NCBI GenBank assembly: GCA_030613245.1
Contig: JAUWMI010000003.1
Location: 65,062 to 129,061, forward strand
Length of the DNA stretch: 64,000 nucleotides
Direction of reading: 5' to 3'
Origin: Candidatus Sumerlaeota bacterium
Lineage (GTDB): Bacteria; Sumerlaeota; Sumerlaeia; MWCT01; JAUWMI01
The notes beneath the pieces were generated by a model, which was not told the DNA's origin, did not search any database, and worked only from the letters and a program-made list of their open reading frames with translations. Shown here in pieces: positions 27,656-36,933 of the stretch (positions are counted from its first letter, which is position 1; each line of letters starts with the position of its first letter). The position numbers and the translations under genes are program-made.

Positions 27656-29776
27656 CTACATGATGGGAAGGTTGCTGTTTTTGATTATCACTGTATCAAG
27701 GAAAAGGCTTCCAGTCTCTGCATCGATGCCGCCAAAGTTGAGCAGGTCGAATGAGAACTTCATCCCGGGATTTGGGCCGGTGATTGCACTTTCCGGCGGG
27801 ATGAAGTAGAGGGAATATGTCATGCCGGCAGGCGTCGGCGACGATTCAGCGTTGTCAGCGCTGTTAATCACCAGTCCGCAGGACTGCTGGAGATTATTCG
27901 TATTCATGCGCAGTCGGATGACCGGCACGAGCGCCTTGGGGGTAATGTCCGTCCACACGGTAAAGTCAACACGATAGATTTTGCCAGATTCCACCAGGAT
28001 CAGCGGACTGAGCCAGAAGCCGAAGTTGTTCTCATTAGAAGTGATGGCAATCTCAAGACTGCCAGTCGTGAATCGGCCTTCTGGTGAGGAGAACGTAGGC
28101 TCGGCGGCGCCGAAACTCCAGCCTTCGTCGGTCTCGTCAAAGGTAAAACTCTCTACGGGGGAGAAAGAGGGGATGTCGCTGAGGCTCCGCTTCTCGATAA
28201 TTATGTTATCGAGACTCAGAGTACCATAGGAGGCGTTAGCGGGATCAAAATTGAGCATATCAAACGCAATATAAAGGTCCGTTGGCACACTGGTAGGAGG
28301 GAACAGGTACATTTGGTAGGATGTCCCTAAAGGGGTAGGGGAGCAATCGGCAGTGTTTGCGCTTTCAATGAGAAAGATGCTGGCGGTTTGGTTATTTATT
28401 TCACCAAGGCGCAAGCGCAGCGTGGGAACCATAGCGGGAGTGAACAGATTGGTCTTAACGAGGCAAGTAGCCTGATACAGCGAATCGGTTGTTTTAGCAA
28501 AAGCATGTTCGGGGCTTTGCCAGAAGCCAAAAGTGTCAGTGTTTGTATTAGATATGAGCAGAATCTGGCCTCCAAAGGCATCAACGCCTGGCATCGAGAA
28601 GACGCCGGGCACGCCGCCAGTGGCCCAGCCTTCGCGGCCAGCATCAAACCCCGCACCATATACGCGGCTCTCGTTATAATACAGAGCCTTGAGCGAGCCA
28701 CTAAATGTGCCAAATTCTCCTCCACCCGTGGTTTCGCTGAACTCTCCCGTGAGCGAACCGTAGAGGAAAAGTCCCTTAAACGTACCAGTAGCCTCGGTTG
28801 AAAAGAGCAGGGCATCCATCTGGCGAGTGGATGAGGAGGTGCCTGGTCTTACGTTGCCCAGCACTACTCCTCGCATAGTTCCCTGCTCGGCATAGTCTGA
28901 CATGAAAAACTTTCCTGCGGTGAAGCCTCTGTCTTTCTGTGACGATGTGGGGTCAATAACAACGAAGGAACAGAGCTCAACTTCAAAGCGACCGGGCATA
29001 ACACCCAGGTCGCCGCCTGTGATTGTGCCGCTGTGAGACATGTTGACTTCCAGGGTTACGTTCGGAAACTCTGTGGTGGTGAGAGGGAAATCCGCGCTTC
29101 CATCAGGCGGGACAAACTGCACCATGTTCGTTCCGTTTTGTATTTCGAAGTCACTTGCCCGCGGCGCAGTAACCTGGCCAGTCTGTACAGCATACTCGGC
29201 GCTTGTGACAATATCGTCATAGAAAGAGCCGTTGAGCACGCCGGAAAAACTTGCCGAGCCTAACGACGAATATTCTCCATCCAGTCTGGCCACGAGCGTT
29301 TGACTTGTCAGGGCACCCGTTGCCCAATCCGGATCGCCCACCAACCATCCCTGAATTTGCGTATGGTTGTGCACATCAGCCACGAATAAACCCGAGACCT
29401 CTTCGTTAGTGTCGCCGTCATAGCTGAACGTTCCAACCGTAAATCCACGGCCTGAGAGATTGTTCATCGCGGTATCAATGACCAAAAAGGAGTAGCGCAC
29501 CAGAAACGCGCCTGGATGTGTGCCTGATGCTGCCAGACTGAGTGTATAGCCGGCGCTGACCATCGCGCTGTCATCACTGATCTCCAGCGTGAGATTCTCC
29601 CTCGTAAACTGGGCAACCGTGTCGTTGAGATTGAGCGATAGAAATGAGGTACTGCCCGGTGTTGCGGTGCCGCTCACCTGATTCGCGATTGGCGTATTAT
29701 CTGCGTGCGCCGCAGAGAGGCACAGCGCGCATAAAAACAGAGCAATCGAGCGGAGTTTCATCAGCTTCTCCTTCAC
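27656..29776 (-). CDS. Secreted protein (706 aa) with two C-terminal copies of the same uncharacterised ~165-aa domain found in 3631..5457
   Basis: Signal peptide MKLRSIALFLCALCLSAAHA. C-terminal repeats contain EGWATGG/EGWSFG...TNTDTFGFW / SNENNFGFW...LNFDPANA / LNFGGIDA. Confidence 0.7.
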   Translation of the reverse strand: MKEKLMKLRSIALFLCALCLSAAHADNTPIANQVSGTATPGSTSFLSLNLNDTVAQFTRENLTLEISDDSAMVSAGYTLSLAASGTHPGAFLVRYSFLVIDTAMNNLSGRGFTVGTFSYDGDTNEEVSGLFVADVHNHTQIQGWLVGDPDWATGALTSQTLVARLDGEYSSLGSASFSGVLNGSFYDDIVTSAEYAVQTGQVTAPRASDFEIQNGTNMVQFVPPDGSADFPLTTTEFPNVTLEVNMSHSGTITGGDLGVMPGRFEVELCSFVVIDPTSSQKDRGFTAGKFFMSDYAEQGTMRGVVLGNVRPGTSSSTRQMDALLFSTEATGTFKGLFLYGSLTGEFSETTGGGEFGTFSGSLKALYYNESRVYGAGFDAGREGWATGGVPGVFSMPGVDAFGGQILLISNTNTDTFGFWQSPEHAFAKTTDSLYQATCLVKTNLFTPAMVPTLRLRLGEINNQTASIFLIESANTADCSPTPLGTSYQMYLFPPTSVPTDLYIAFDMLNFDPANASYGTLSLDNIIIEKRSLSDIPSFSPVESFTFDETDEGWSFGAAEPTFSSPEGRFTTGSLEIAITSNENNFGFWLSPLILVESGKIYRVDFTVWTDITPKALVPVIRLRMNTNNLQQSCGLVINSADNAESSPTPAGMTYSLYFIPPESAITGPNPGMKFSFDLLNFGGIDAETGSLFLDTVIIKNSNLPIM

Positions 29777-29854
29777 AATAAGTTCAAGCAGACAGTAGAC
29801 GGTAGAGAGTAAATAGGGAAACCTGCGAAGATTGAGATATTCCTATAGTCTGCT

Positions 29855-30667
29855 TCAAGATTCTCCTTTGCTGTCTGAATACGGATAGGAGATGCGTTTG
29901 ATTGACGTGGCCCGGCCGCTCAGGGGGTCAATCTCAATAAGAACTGCGCAGAGGCGCACGTCGCCCGAAGCCACCACGTGACGTACTGGCAGCTGATTTT
30001 GCATCCCCTCAATGATAGGCTCTTTTTTTACTCCGATAACTGAGTCGAAAGGGCCGGTCATGCCGATATCCGTAATATAGGCAGTTCCCTGGGGCAAAAT
30101 GTGCTCGTCCGCGGTTGGAATGTGGGTGTGCGTGCCGAGGACTGCCGAGACATCGCCATCGAAAAACCACCCGAGAGCATTCTTCTCCGAGGTTGCCTCA
30201 GCATGAAAGTCAACCATGATAATGGAGGTCTTATGGCGGAGGCGTTCTACTTCGTGTCGGCCCACCCGAAACGGACAGTCGTAATTCCCCATGAACACAC
30301 GTCCAACCAGGTTCAGCACGCCGATCTGAAAACCGTCGTCCACTGTATATACGGCAGCCCCTCGCCCAGGAACTCCTACGCCCGCAGGATAGTTCGCCGG
30401 ACGCAGAAGCCGCTCGTCAGTATCAATGATTTTCAGTACCTCTTTGTTTGCCCAGATGTGATTGCCGCTTGTGATGACGTCAATGCCGTAGCTGTAGAGT
30501 TCTGCTGCAACCTCGGGCGTCATACCCACGCCCCCGGCTGCATTCTCGCCGTTGGTGATGACAAAGTCGAACTCGCCAGCGGCTTTTCGCGCGGGAAGGT
30601 ACTGCTTAACGGCACGGCGGCCAGGCCGGCCGATGATCTCGCCAATCATGAGCACTTTCACTGTCAC
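29855..30667 (-). CDS. ymdB: YmdB-like metallophosphoesterase (TIGR00282 family)
   Basis: MTVKVLMIGEIIGRPGRRAV... N-terminus plus GNH / GTHTH metal-binding motifs. Confidence 0.8.
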   Translation of the reverse strand: MTVKVLMIGEIIGRPGRRAVKQYLPARKAAGEFDFVITNGENAAGGVGMTPEVAAELYSYGIDVITSGNHIWANKEVLKIIDTDERLLRPANYPAGVGVPGRGAAVYTVDDGFQIGVLNLVGRVFMGNYDCPFRVGRHEVERLRHKTSIIMVDFHAEATSEKNALGWFFDGDVSAVLGTHTHIPTADEHILPQGTAYITDIGMTGPFDSVIGVKKEPIIEGMQNQLPVRHVVASGDVRLCAVLIEIDPLSGRATSIKRISYPYSDSKGES

Positions 30668-30821
30668 GTCCTTTCCAGCAGCGGACGATACCAGATATCC
30701 GCTGAAGAGCTGGCCTGCGCAGTCTTGATGCCAGTTTCAATCCAGCTGTGCGGCTGAAGCCTTGCCGGCCGGGAGCGCCACACTCGTGCGCTGGTCATGT
30801 TCCAGAGTTGAGGCATGTGCC

Positions 30822-31460
30822 TCATTTCCGTGTTTTGCGCTTGCGCTGATGCCGAGTTGTCTCTTCCTCCTTCTTGCCTTCCGCTTCCTCGAGGCTCTTT
30901 TCTATTCTCCCAAATTTTAATATCCCGGTCTGAAGACCCAATGAGGTAAGAAATATAGGCAAAAAGAGGAGCTGAATATGATAATAGTCCCAGCTCGACA
31001 GAATGAACAAAGTTCCCACCAATGCTGTAATCGTAATGATAGCATAGCGGCTCAGGCGAGCAACAATAATTGCGGTCAACAAGCCGCACGCTGCTTGCAG
31101 CAACACTCGTGCGCCCAGTGACTCAAACGTCGCCACATGCTGTTGCACAAGATAACGCGTAAGGAATCCACCACCCAATACACCCAGACATGCGCCGATA
31201 AAGAAGAAAAAGATTACATGCAGTCGCTTGAACAGGAAAATGCCGAGTAGCATGCCAATGATTGCCCCGCCCAGAATCACCCAGACAGCGTATTGTTCCA
31301 CTGAAAAGATTAAAGCAAGACCTAAACCGCCTGACGCACCGAAAAGTAGGCCGATGACCACACCCGAGAGCTTTACGCCAGCCCAGTAAAGCGTCCAACC
31401 AAAACAACAGAGGGCAAGCCCGATTATTAAAGGTAACGGCTGCGGGAGACTTAGCGGCAT
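30822..31460 (-). CDS. Hypothetical integral membrane protein with charged C-terminal tail
   Basis: Five or six TM helices. The C-terminus is EEAEGKKEEETTRHQRKRKTRK. Confidence 0.5.
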   Translation of the reverse strand: MPLSLPQPLPLIIGLALCCFGWTLYWAGVKLSGVVIGLLFGASGGLGLALIFSVEQYAVWVILGGAIIGMLLGIFLFKRLHVIFFFFIGACLGVLGGGFLTRYLVQQHVATFESLGARVLLQAACGLLTAIIVARLSRYAIITITALVGTLFILSSWDYYHIQLLFLPIFLTSLGLQTGILKFGRIEKSLEEAEGKKEEETTRHQRKRKTRK

Positions 31461-31821
31461 TCTCGTGCACAGTATCTAGGCAGTTCAGCTACGAATCCTC
31501 AGGTCAACAGGAATTTCTGTTGAATTCCAATACGGGTTATTAGATAAAGGAACTGCTCATCAAAGTCTACAATAATTTTTTCCGAGTGCGCCCAAAGGTT
31601 ATGACTTGGACATGTTGTGAGCGGTTGGCTTCCTGTCTTCAAAGGGGGCACTGTCATCAAAGAATATGCCCGGCTGAATACGGTGGGAACATAAGTCTTT
31701 GTTCAAACGGGCGAGTTAATTGATCAATCACTCTCTTCTGAGAGCAATGTTTGAGAGATTTGCGTCCTCTCTGTGATCTGGCGCCACAGGAATTTATCGA
31801 AAACTTTAAGGTGGGTTTAAA

Positions 31822-32265
31822 ATGGGTGAGAAGGAGAATTTGGTTAGTAGGCGTAGTTTTCTTGCGTGGCTATCGGCGGGCGCTTTTTCCTTGATGAGCG
31901 GCTTTGCAGCCTTTATTGGCTTAGGTTTTCTCTACCCTGTGAAAAGGCAAAAGCCCCCGGCATTGTTTGTCTGCCTCGAGTCGGAGGTGCCACTGGTTGG
32001 AGAGGCGCTTGAGATTAGGGATCTGAAAGGGCGCAAGGTTTTCCTTATGCGCAAGGCCGATGGGGAACTGATAACAATAGGAACGGTCTGCTCCCACCTT
32101 GGCTGCACGGTGTTCTATCGTCCGAAAAAGAAAAGGTTCGAGTGTCCTTGCCATGATGGTGTCTTCGATGGAGAAGGTAATCCGGTATCTGGACCTCCGA
32201 GTAGACCTCTTGAGCGTTATCCGACGGAGGTACGCGAAGGCAAGGTATTTGTTCATTTTGCATAG
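31822..32265 (+). CDS. Rieske [2Fe-2S] subunit of a cytochrome bc-type complex, Tat-exported
   Basis: Twin-arginine SRRSFLAW. CSHLGCTV...CPCHDGVF Rieske boxes. Confidence 0.85.
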   Translation: MGEKENLVSRRSFLAWLSAGAFSLMSGFAAFIGLGFLYPVKRQKPPALFVCLESEVPLVGEALEIRDLKGRKVFLMRKADGELITIGTVCSHLGCTVFYRPKKKRFECPCHDGVFDGEGNPVSGPPSRPLERYPTEVREGKVFVHFA

Positions 32266-32274
32266 GGGTAAATA

Positions 32275-33354
32275 GTGGAGAAACAAGACCGCGAGCGTTG
32301 GGTAAGGGCTTTCCCGATTGACATCAAGAGTCTTTATGAGAAAGCGGACGAGTCGCTGCCGCATTCTGCCAAAAAGTGGTGGTGGTGCTGGGGCGGCATT
32401 GTAGGGCTGCTTTTTGTATTGCAGGTGGTGACAGGTCTTCTATTTGGTATGTATTATCGTGACGAACCAGAGACCGCATATCAATAGTTGGCCTTTATAA
32501 CCGAGCATGAGCGCTATGGGCAGTTTCTGCGATCTGTCCACCAATGGGGCGCGACGTTCATGATCGTCTTTTTGCTCCTGCACATGCTCAGGGTGTTTGT
32601 GACAGGAGCATATCGTGCATATCGCTGGGGAGCTTGGATCGCTGGCGCGTGCCTCCTGGGACTGACGCTCGGTATGGGCTTTACTGGGTATTCCCTTGTT
32701 TACGAGCAGATCAGCTACTGGGCGATCACCGTCACATCCAATATAATTACAAGTGTGCCGCTTGTTGGCGGAATGCTCAAACACCTTTTTCTCGCAGGAG
32801 ATGAGATAAACACTGCCACACTAAGTCGCTTGTACGCTTTGCACGTGCAGATCCTTCCCGCGGGTATAGCTTGTCTTGGGATTATCCACTTATTTTTTGT
32901 GCGGCTTTTGGGGATGTACATGCCGGGGAATCAGAAGGACCGGGATGAGGAAAAAAATATCACCGCTCGCGAGGGAGTCTATCATTTCTTCCCTGACCAT
33001 GCTCTAAGTGAGATTGCAGTGTTCCTTTACTTGGTCCTGGCAATCTGCCTATTGTCGCTGTTGTTTCCCGCTAAGATGGGATCGCCAGCGGATCCGCTCA
33101 TCACCCCGGAGCACATCAAACCAGAGTGGTACTTTTACCCGTTCTTTCGCTTGTTAAAACTTGTCCCCGGAACTGCGGGAGTGATTATAATGGGGTTGAT
33201 CGCTGTGGCTTTCGTTTTATGGCCGATTTTGGATCAGTACGTGTTCCAGAAAGTTGATAAGGTATTCAAGGGACGGATGGAGGTAAGTCTGTTAGTAGGA
33301 TTTCTTGTTATACTTGTGTATCTCTGGTGGGCTGTGGTTGAAGCAATAGGTTAA
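32275..33354 (+). CDS. Cytochrome b (b6 plus subunit-IV-like, fused), interrupted by a single in-frame TAG at 32485..32487
   Basis: Helix A (…WWWCWGGIVGLLFVLQVVTGLLFGMYYRDEPETAYQ) then TAG. The same frame then continues LAFITEHERYGQFLRSVHQWGATFMIV... and later reaches PEWYFYPFFRLLKLVPG, a PetD-like motif. Confidence 0.7.
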
Positions 33355-33471
33355 GAAGGCAAAAGAAGGAAGTGGATAATTTGATATTTCAAAATCAAGA
33401 AGTTGGAATTGCATTGCTGACTGTTGATTGCTAAAGAACATAACCCACAAATTCTTTTCGGGGAGGAAAGG

Positions 33472-35076
33472 ATGAGTCTGAAAGCTAAAGAGATTATCAT
33501 TGCGGCTTTATCGATTGCGATCGTGGCTGTTCTCGCATTTGTGGTCTTTACTGAGAAGGCACACGTACTTAAGGAGCGGAAGATTGTGGTGAAGCCAGAC
33601 TCGGCCGGATGCGTAAGGTGTCACGGCTATAAAGACGAAAAGGGACTGCCCGGAAGGGATCCAGGAATCGTTAAGCATTGGGAGGCAAGTATGCATGCTG
33701 AGCAGGGGGTAGGGTGTTTTGATTGTCACGGTGTACCTCCTGCCGGAGGCGGAGAGGATATCTTAAACCCGCGTTACGTCGTACAAACTTCGTGGGACAA
33801 GGAAAGTGGTCTTAAGGCGGTTCAGCTGGTCGTAAAGAACGGTAAGCCTGTTGAACGACCTGATATCTGGAAACACGAAGGTGCACAAATTGTAGCGGAC
33901 GTGTCTCCGCGCACCTGTGCGCGCTGCCACGAGAAGGAAGCGGAACAATTCTTTAATTCGCGGCATTCCTCGGCGGCGCAGTTCATAGGATCCATAGACA
34001 ATTTTCTTGGACGTTTTGCCGAAGGTCCTGCTGCGGCAAATACCGGCTGCCAGCAATGCCACGGCGGCGTGACACGCTTGGTTTCTATGGATTTTAAGGA
34101 AGGCGCGACACCGCTTTATGCCCCCGATACATGGCCTAATACCGGTGTGGGACGCGTAAATCTTGATGGTTCATGGGGTTCGTGCAGCGCATGTCACTCG
34201 CGCCATGAGTTCTCTTCCGAAGTAGCCAGACGGCCTGAAAACTGTGGGAAATGTCATATGGGTCCAGATCATCCCCAGTTTGAAATATACAACGAGTCAA
34301 AACATGGCATAGCATTCAGGAAGAATGAACGATTGATGAACCTGGATCTGCCAGGAGGCGAGTGGGTTTTAGGAAGGGATTACTCGCAAGCTCCGACTTG
34401 CTCGACCTGCCACATGGGGCCAGTTGCTCAGCACGGGAACTATTCGGGACTCAGCCTGACCCACGATGTAGGTGCACGCATCTCATGGACACTTCGTCCC
34501 GTCATTTCGTTTCAGCCAAAGGCGATCATTGCCCCGGATGGCACGGTTATTCTTAAAGATCCGAAGGATCGCAGAGCTGAAATGAAGCAGGTGTGCCTGA
34601 ACTGTCATTCAGACAATTGGGTGAATAACTTCTACGTTCAGTTTGACCAGGCGGTTGAACTTTACAATGAAAAATACGCCAAGCCTGCATCTGCCATCTA
34701 CAAATATCTCCAAGAGGAAGGCATGGTAGATGCTGTTCCTATGAATGAGGAAATAGAATATGTCTTTTTCGAGCTCTGGCATCATGAGGGACGCAGGGCG
34801 CGCCACGGAGCAAGTATGATGGGCCCTGATTTCGTGCAGTGGCACGGCTTTTATGAACTCAGTAGAAACCTCTATACACATTTTTTGCCTCTGGCAAAAG
34901 AGCTTGCTGAAAAAGCCGGCAAAGGGGAGAAGATGGAGAAATTCATCCAGGAGATGCTTCGCGGGCCGGAGGGCAAGGACTGGGAAAAATACCATCGCTG
35001 GACCGAGGGTTTGACTACCGAAGAGATGCAGGGGATGCTGGAATGGGAACGAAAAATGTATGAGATTCGGAAATAG
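33472..35076 (+). CDS. Membrane-anchored octaheme c-type cytochrome, hydroxylamine-oxidoreductase (HAO)-like
   Basis: ATG at 33472 after GGGGAGGAAAGG. N-terminal TM anchor. Eight CxxCH motifs (CVRCH, CFDCH, CARCH, CQQCH, CSACH, CGKCH, CSTCH, CLNCH). ~535 aa. Confidence 0.7.
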   Translation: MSLKAKEIIIAALSIAIVAVLAFVVFTEKAHVLKERKIVVKPDSAGCVRCHGYKDEKGLPGRDPGIVKHWEASMHAEQGVGCFDCHGVPPAGGGEDILNPRYVVQTSWDKESGLKAVQLVVKNGKPVERPDIWKHEGAQIVADVSPRTCARCHEKEAEQFFNSRHSSAAQFIGSIDNFLGRFAEGPAAANTGCQQCHGGVTRLVSMDFKEGATPLYAPDTWPNTGVGRVNLDGSWGSCSACHSRHEFSSEVARRPENCGKCHMGPDHPQFEIYNESKHGIAFRKNERLMNLDLPGGEWVLGRDYSQAPTCSTCHMGPVAQHGNYSGLSLTHDVGARISWTLRPVISFQPKAIIAPDGTVILKDPKDRRAEMKQVCLNCHSDNWVNNFYVQFDQAVELYNEKYAKPASAIYKYLQEEGMVDAVPMNEEIEYVFFELWHHEGRRARHGASMMGPDFVQWHGFYELSRNLYTHFLPLAKELAEKAGKGEKMEKFIQEMLRGPEGKDWEKYHRWTEGLTTEEMQGMLEWERKMYEIRK

Positions 35077-35130
35077 TCGTCGCTTGCAGTATGATAGCGT
35101 GTCTTCATTCTACAGATAGGAGGAGAGGAT

Positions 35131-36780
35131 ATGAACATGTTTTGCTACCAATGTGAACAGACAATGAAGGGAACAGGATGCACTGTGCGCGGGGTATGTG
35201 GAAAAGACGCTGAAACCGCAACGTTGCAAGATCTGCTGGTGTACGCGACAAAAGGTATCTCTATGTACGCACACAGGGCCAGGCAATTGGGTGTAAAGGA
35301 CCGCGAGGTTGACGTCTTTACCGTAGAGGCATTGTTTTCCACGGTCACCAATGTCAATTTCGATCCAGAGCGCTTACGTGACCTGCTTAATAAGGCGGCT
35401 GAGCTGCGGGGCAAGGCGCAGAACCTCTATGAGGAGGCATGCCGAAAAACCGGCGGTACACTCGTGACGCTTACAGGCCCAGCGGCCTGGATGCCGGCCA
35501 GCGATCTCGATGGTCTCATCAGGCAGGGCGAAGAGGTCAGCATCCAGAAGCGCAAGGAGAAGCAGGGCGACGATATCACTGGTCTCCAGGAGCTTATCGT
35601 CTACGGTCTCAAAGGAGCGGCTTCTTACGCCGACCACGCCCAGATACTTGGAAAAGAAGACGAAAGTGTATACGCGCTTTTCCACAAGACGCTGGACTTT
35701 CTCACGAAAGATAGCCCGAGCATTGATGAACTTCTCGCCACAGCTCTCAAGGTTGGCGAGCTCAATCTCAAGGTGATGGAACTGCTGGATGCAGTCCATA
35801 CCGGCACCTACGGGAATCCGATACCTACTCGGGTGCGTATAGAGCCGGTTAAGGGGAAGGCGATTGTCGTGTCTGGTCACGACCTTAAGGATCTCGAGGA
35901 GTTGCTCAAGCAGACCGAGGGCAAAGGAATCAATATCTATACTCACGGCGAGATGCTACCTGCGCACGGATATCCAGAGTTAAAGAAATACAAGCATCTT
36001 GTGGGCAACTACGGCGGCGCCTGGCAAGATCAGCAAAAGGAATTCGCCGAGTTCCCAGGGCCTATCCTGATGACCACCAATTGCATTCAGAAGCCGCGAG
36101 AGAGCTATAAGGAGAGAATATTCACGTGCGGACTCGTTGCATGGCCCGGGGTAGTTCACATCGGCAACCGCGACTTTAGGCCGCTAATCGAGGCTGCGCT
36201 GGCGGCCGAGGGATTTAAGGAGGACGGTCCGGAAAAGACCATCATGGTCGGCTTTGCTCATGATGCAGTCCTGGGTGTGGCCGACAAGGTCGTCGAGGCG
36301 GTCAAGAGCGGTGCCATCAGGCACTTTTTTCTCATCGGCGGCTGCGATGGGGCCAAGCCAGGGCGCAATTATTATACCGAGTTTGCCCAGGCAGTCCCGG
36401 AGGACTGCATCATCCTGACGCTGGCCTGCGGCAAGTATCGCTTCAACAAATTGGAGTTCGGGGATATCGGCGGCATTCCGCGTTTGCTCGACGTAGGTCA
36501 GTGCAACGATGCCTATTCGGCCGTTCAGATTGCTCTTGGGTTGGCGAAGGCGTTTAACACTGACGTGAATGGTCTGCCGCTTTCTTTCGTGATTTCCTGG
36601 TACGAGCAAAAGGCAGTCAGCATTCTGCTCACATTGCTGCATCTGGGCATCAGGGACATCCTCCTCGGGCCAAGCCTGCCCGCGTTCGTTACTCCGCCAG
36701 TGCTCAAGGTTCTGGTCGAGAAGTTCAACATTATGCCAATCTCAACAGTGCAGAAGGACCTGGGCGCGATTCTGGGTTGA
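35131..36780 (+). CDS. hcp: Hybrid cluster protein / hydroxylamine reductase
   Basis: MNMFCYQCEQTMKGTGCTVRGVCGKD N-terminal Cys cluster. 549 aa. Full-length Hcp architecture. Confidence 0.9.
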   Translation: MNMFCYQCEQTMKGTGCTVRGVCGKDAETATLQDLLVYATKGISMYAHRARQLGVKDREVDVFTVEALFSTVTNVNFDPERLRDLLNKAAELRGKAQNLYEEACRKTGGTLVTLTGPAAWMPASDLDGLIRQGEEVSIQKRKEKQGDDITGLQELIVYGLKGAASYADHAQILGKEDESVYALFHKTLDFLTKDSPSIDELLATALKVGELNLKVMELLDAVHTGTYGNPIPTRVRIEPVKGKAIVVSGHDLKDLEELLKQTEGKGINIYTHGEMLPAHGYPELKKYKHLVGNYGGAWQDQQKEFAEFPGPILMTTNCIQKPRESYKERIFTCGLVAWPGVVHIGNRDFRPLIEAALAAEGFKEDGPEKTIMVGFAHDAVLGVADKVVEAVKSGAIRHFFLIGGCDGAKPGRNYYTEFAQAVPEDCIILTLACGKYRFNKLEFGDIGGIPRLLDVGQCNDAYSAVQIALGLAKAFNTDVNGLPLSFVISWYEQKAVSILLTLLHLGIRDILLGPSLPAFVTPPVLKVLVEKFNIMPISTVQKDLGAILG

Positions 36781-36933
36781 TATGCTAGATGAGGACTAGC
36801 GGGCAAACGGAGGATACGTCTTCGGGAGAAAGTTTCTATAGTGCCCCACCTGTGGGAACTACTTGCTTTAAAGCCACGGAGGCACGGAGACACAGAGTTA
36901 GGCAACAAGGAAATTTTATAATAGGAGGATGTT

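Noticed and set aside
32485-32487. TAG in cytochrome b as a pyrrolysine codon
   Set aside because: No pyl genes or other TAG-interrupted genes are visible. The position aligns with an ordinary small residue in cytochrome b. Pseudogene, sequencing error or read-through are more parsimonious explanations.
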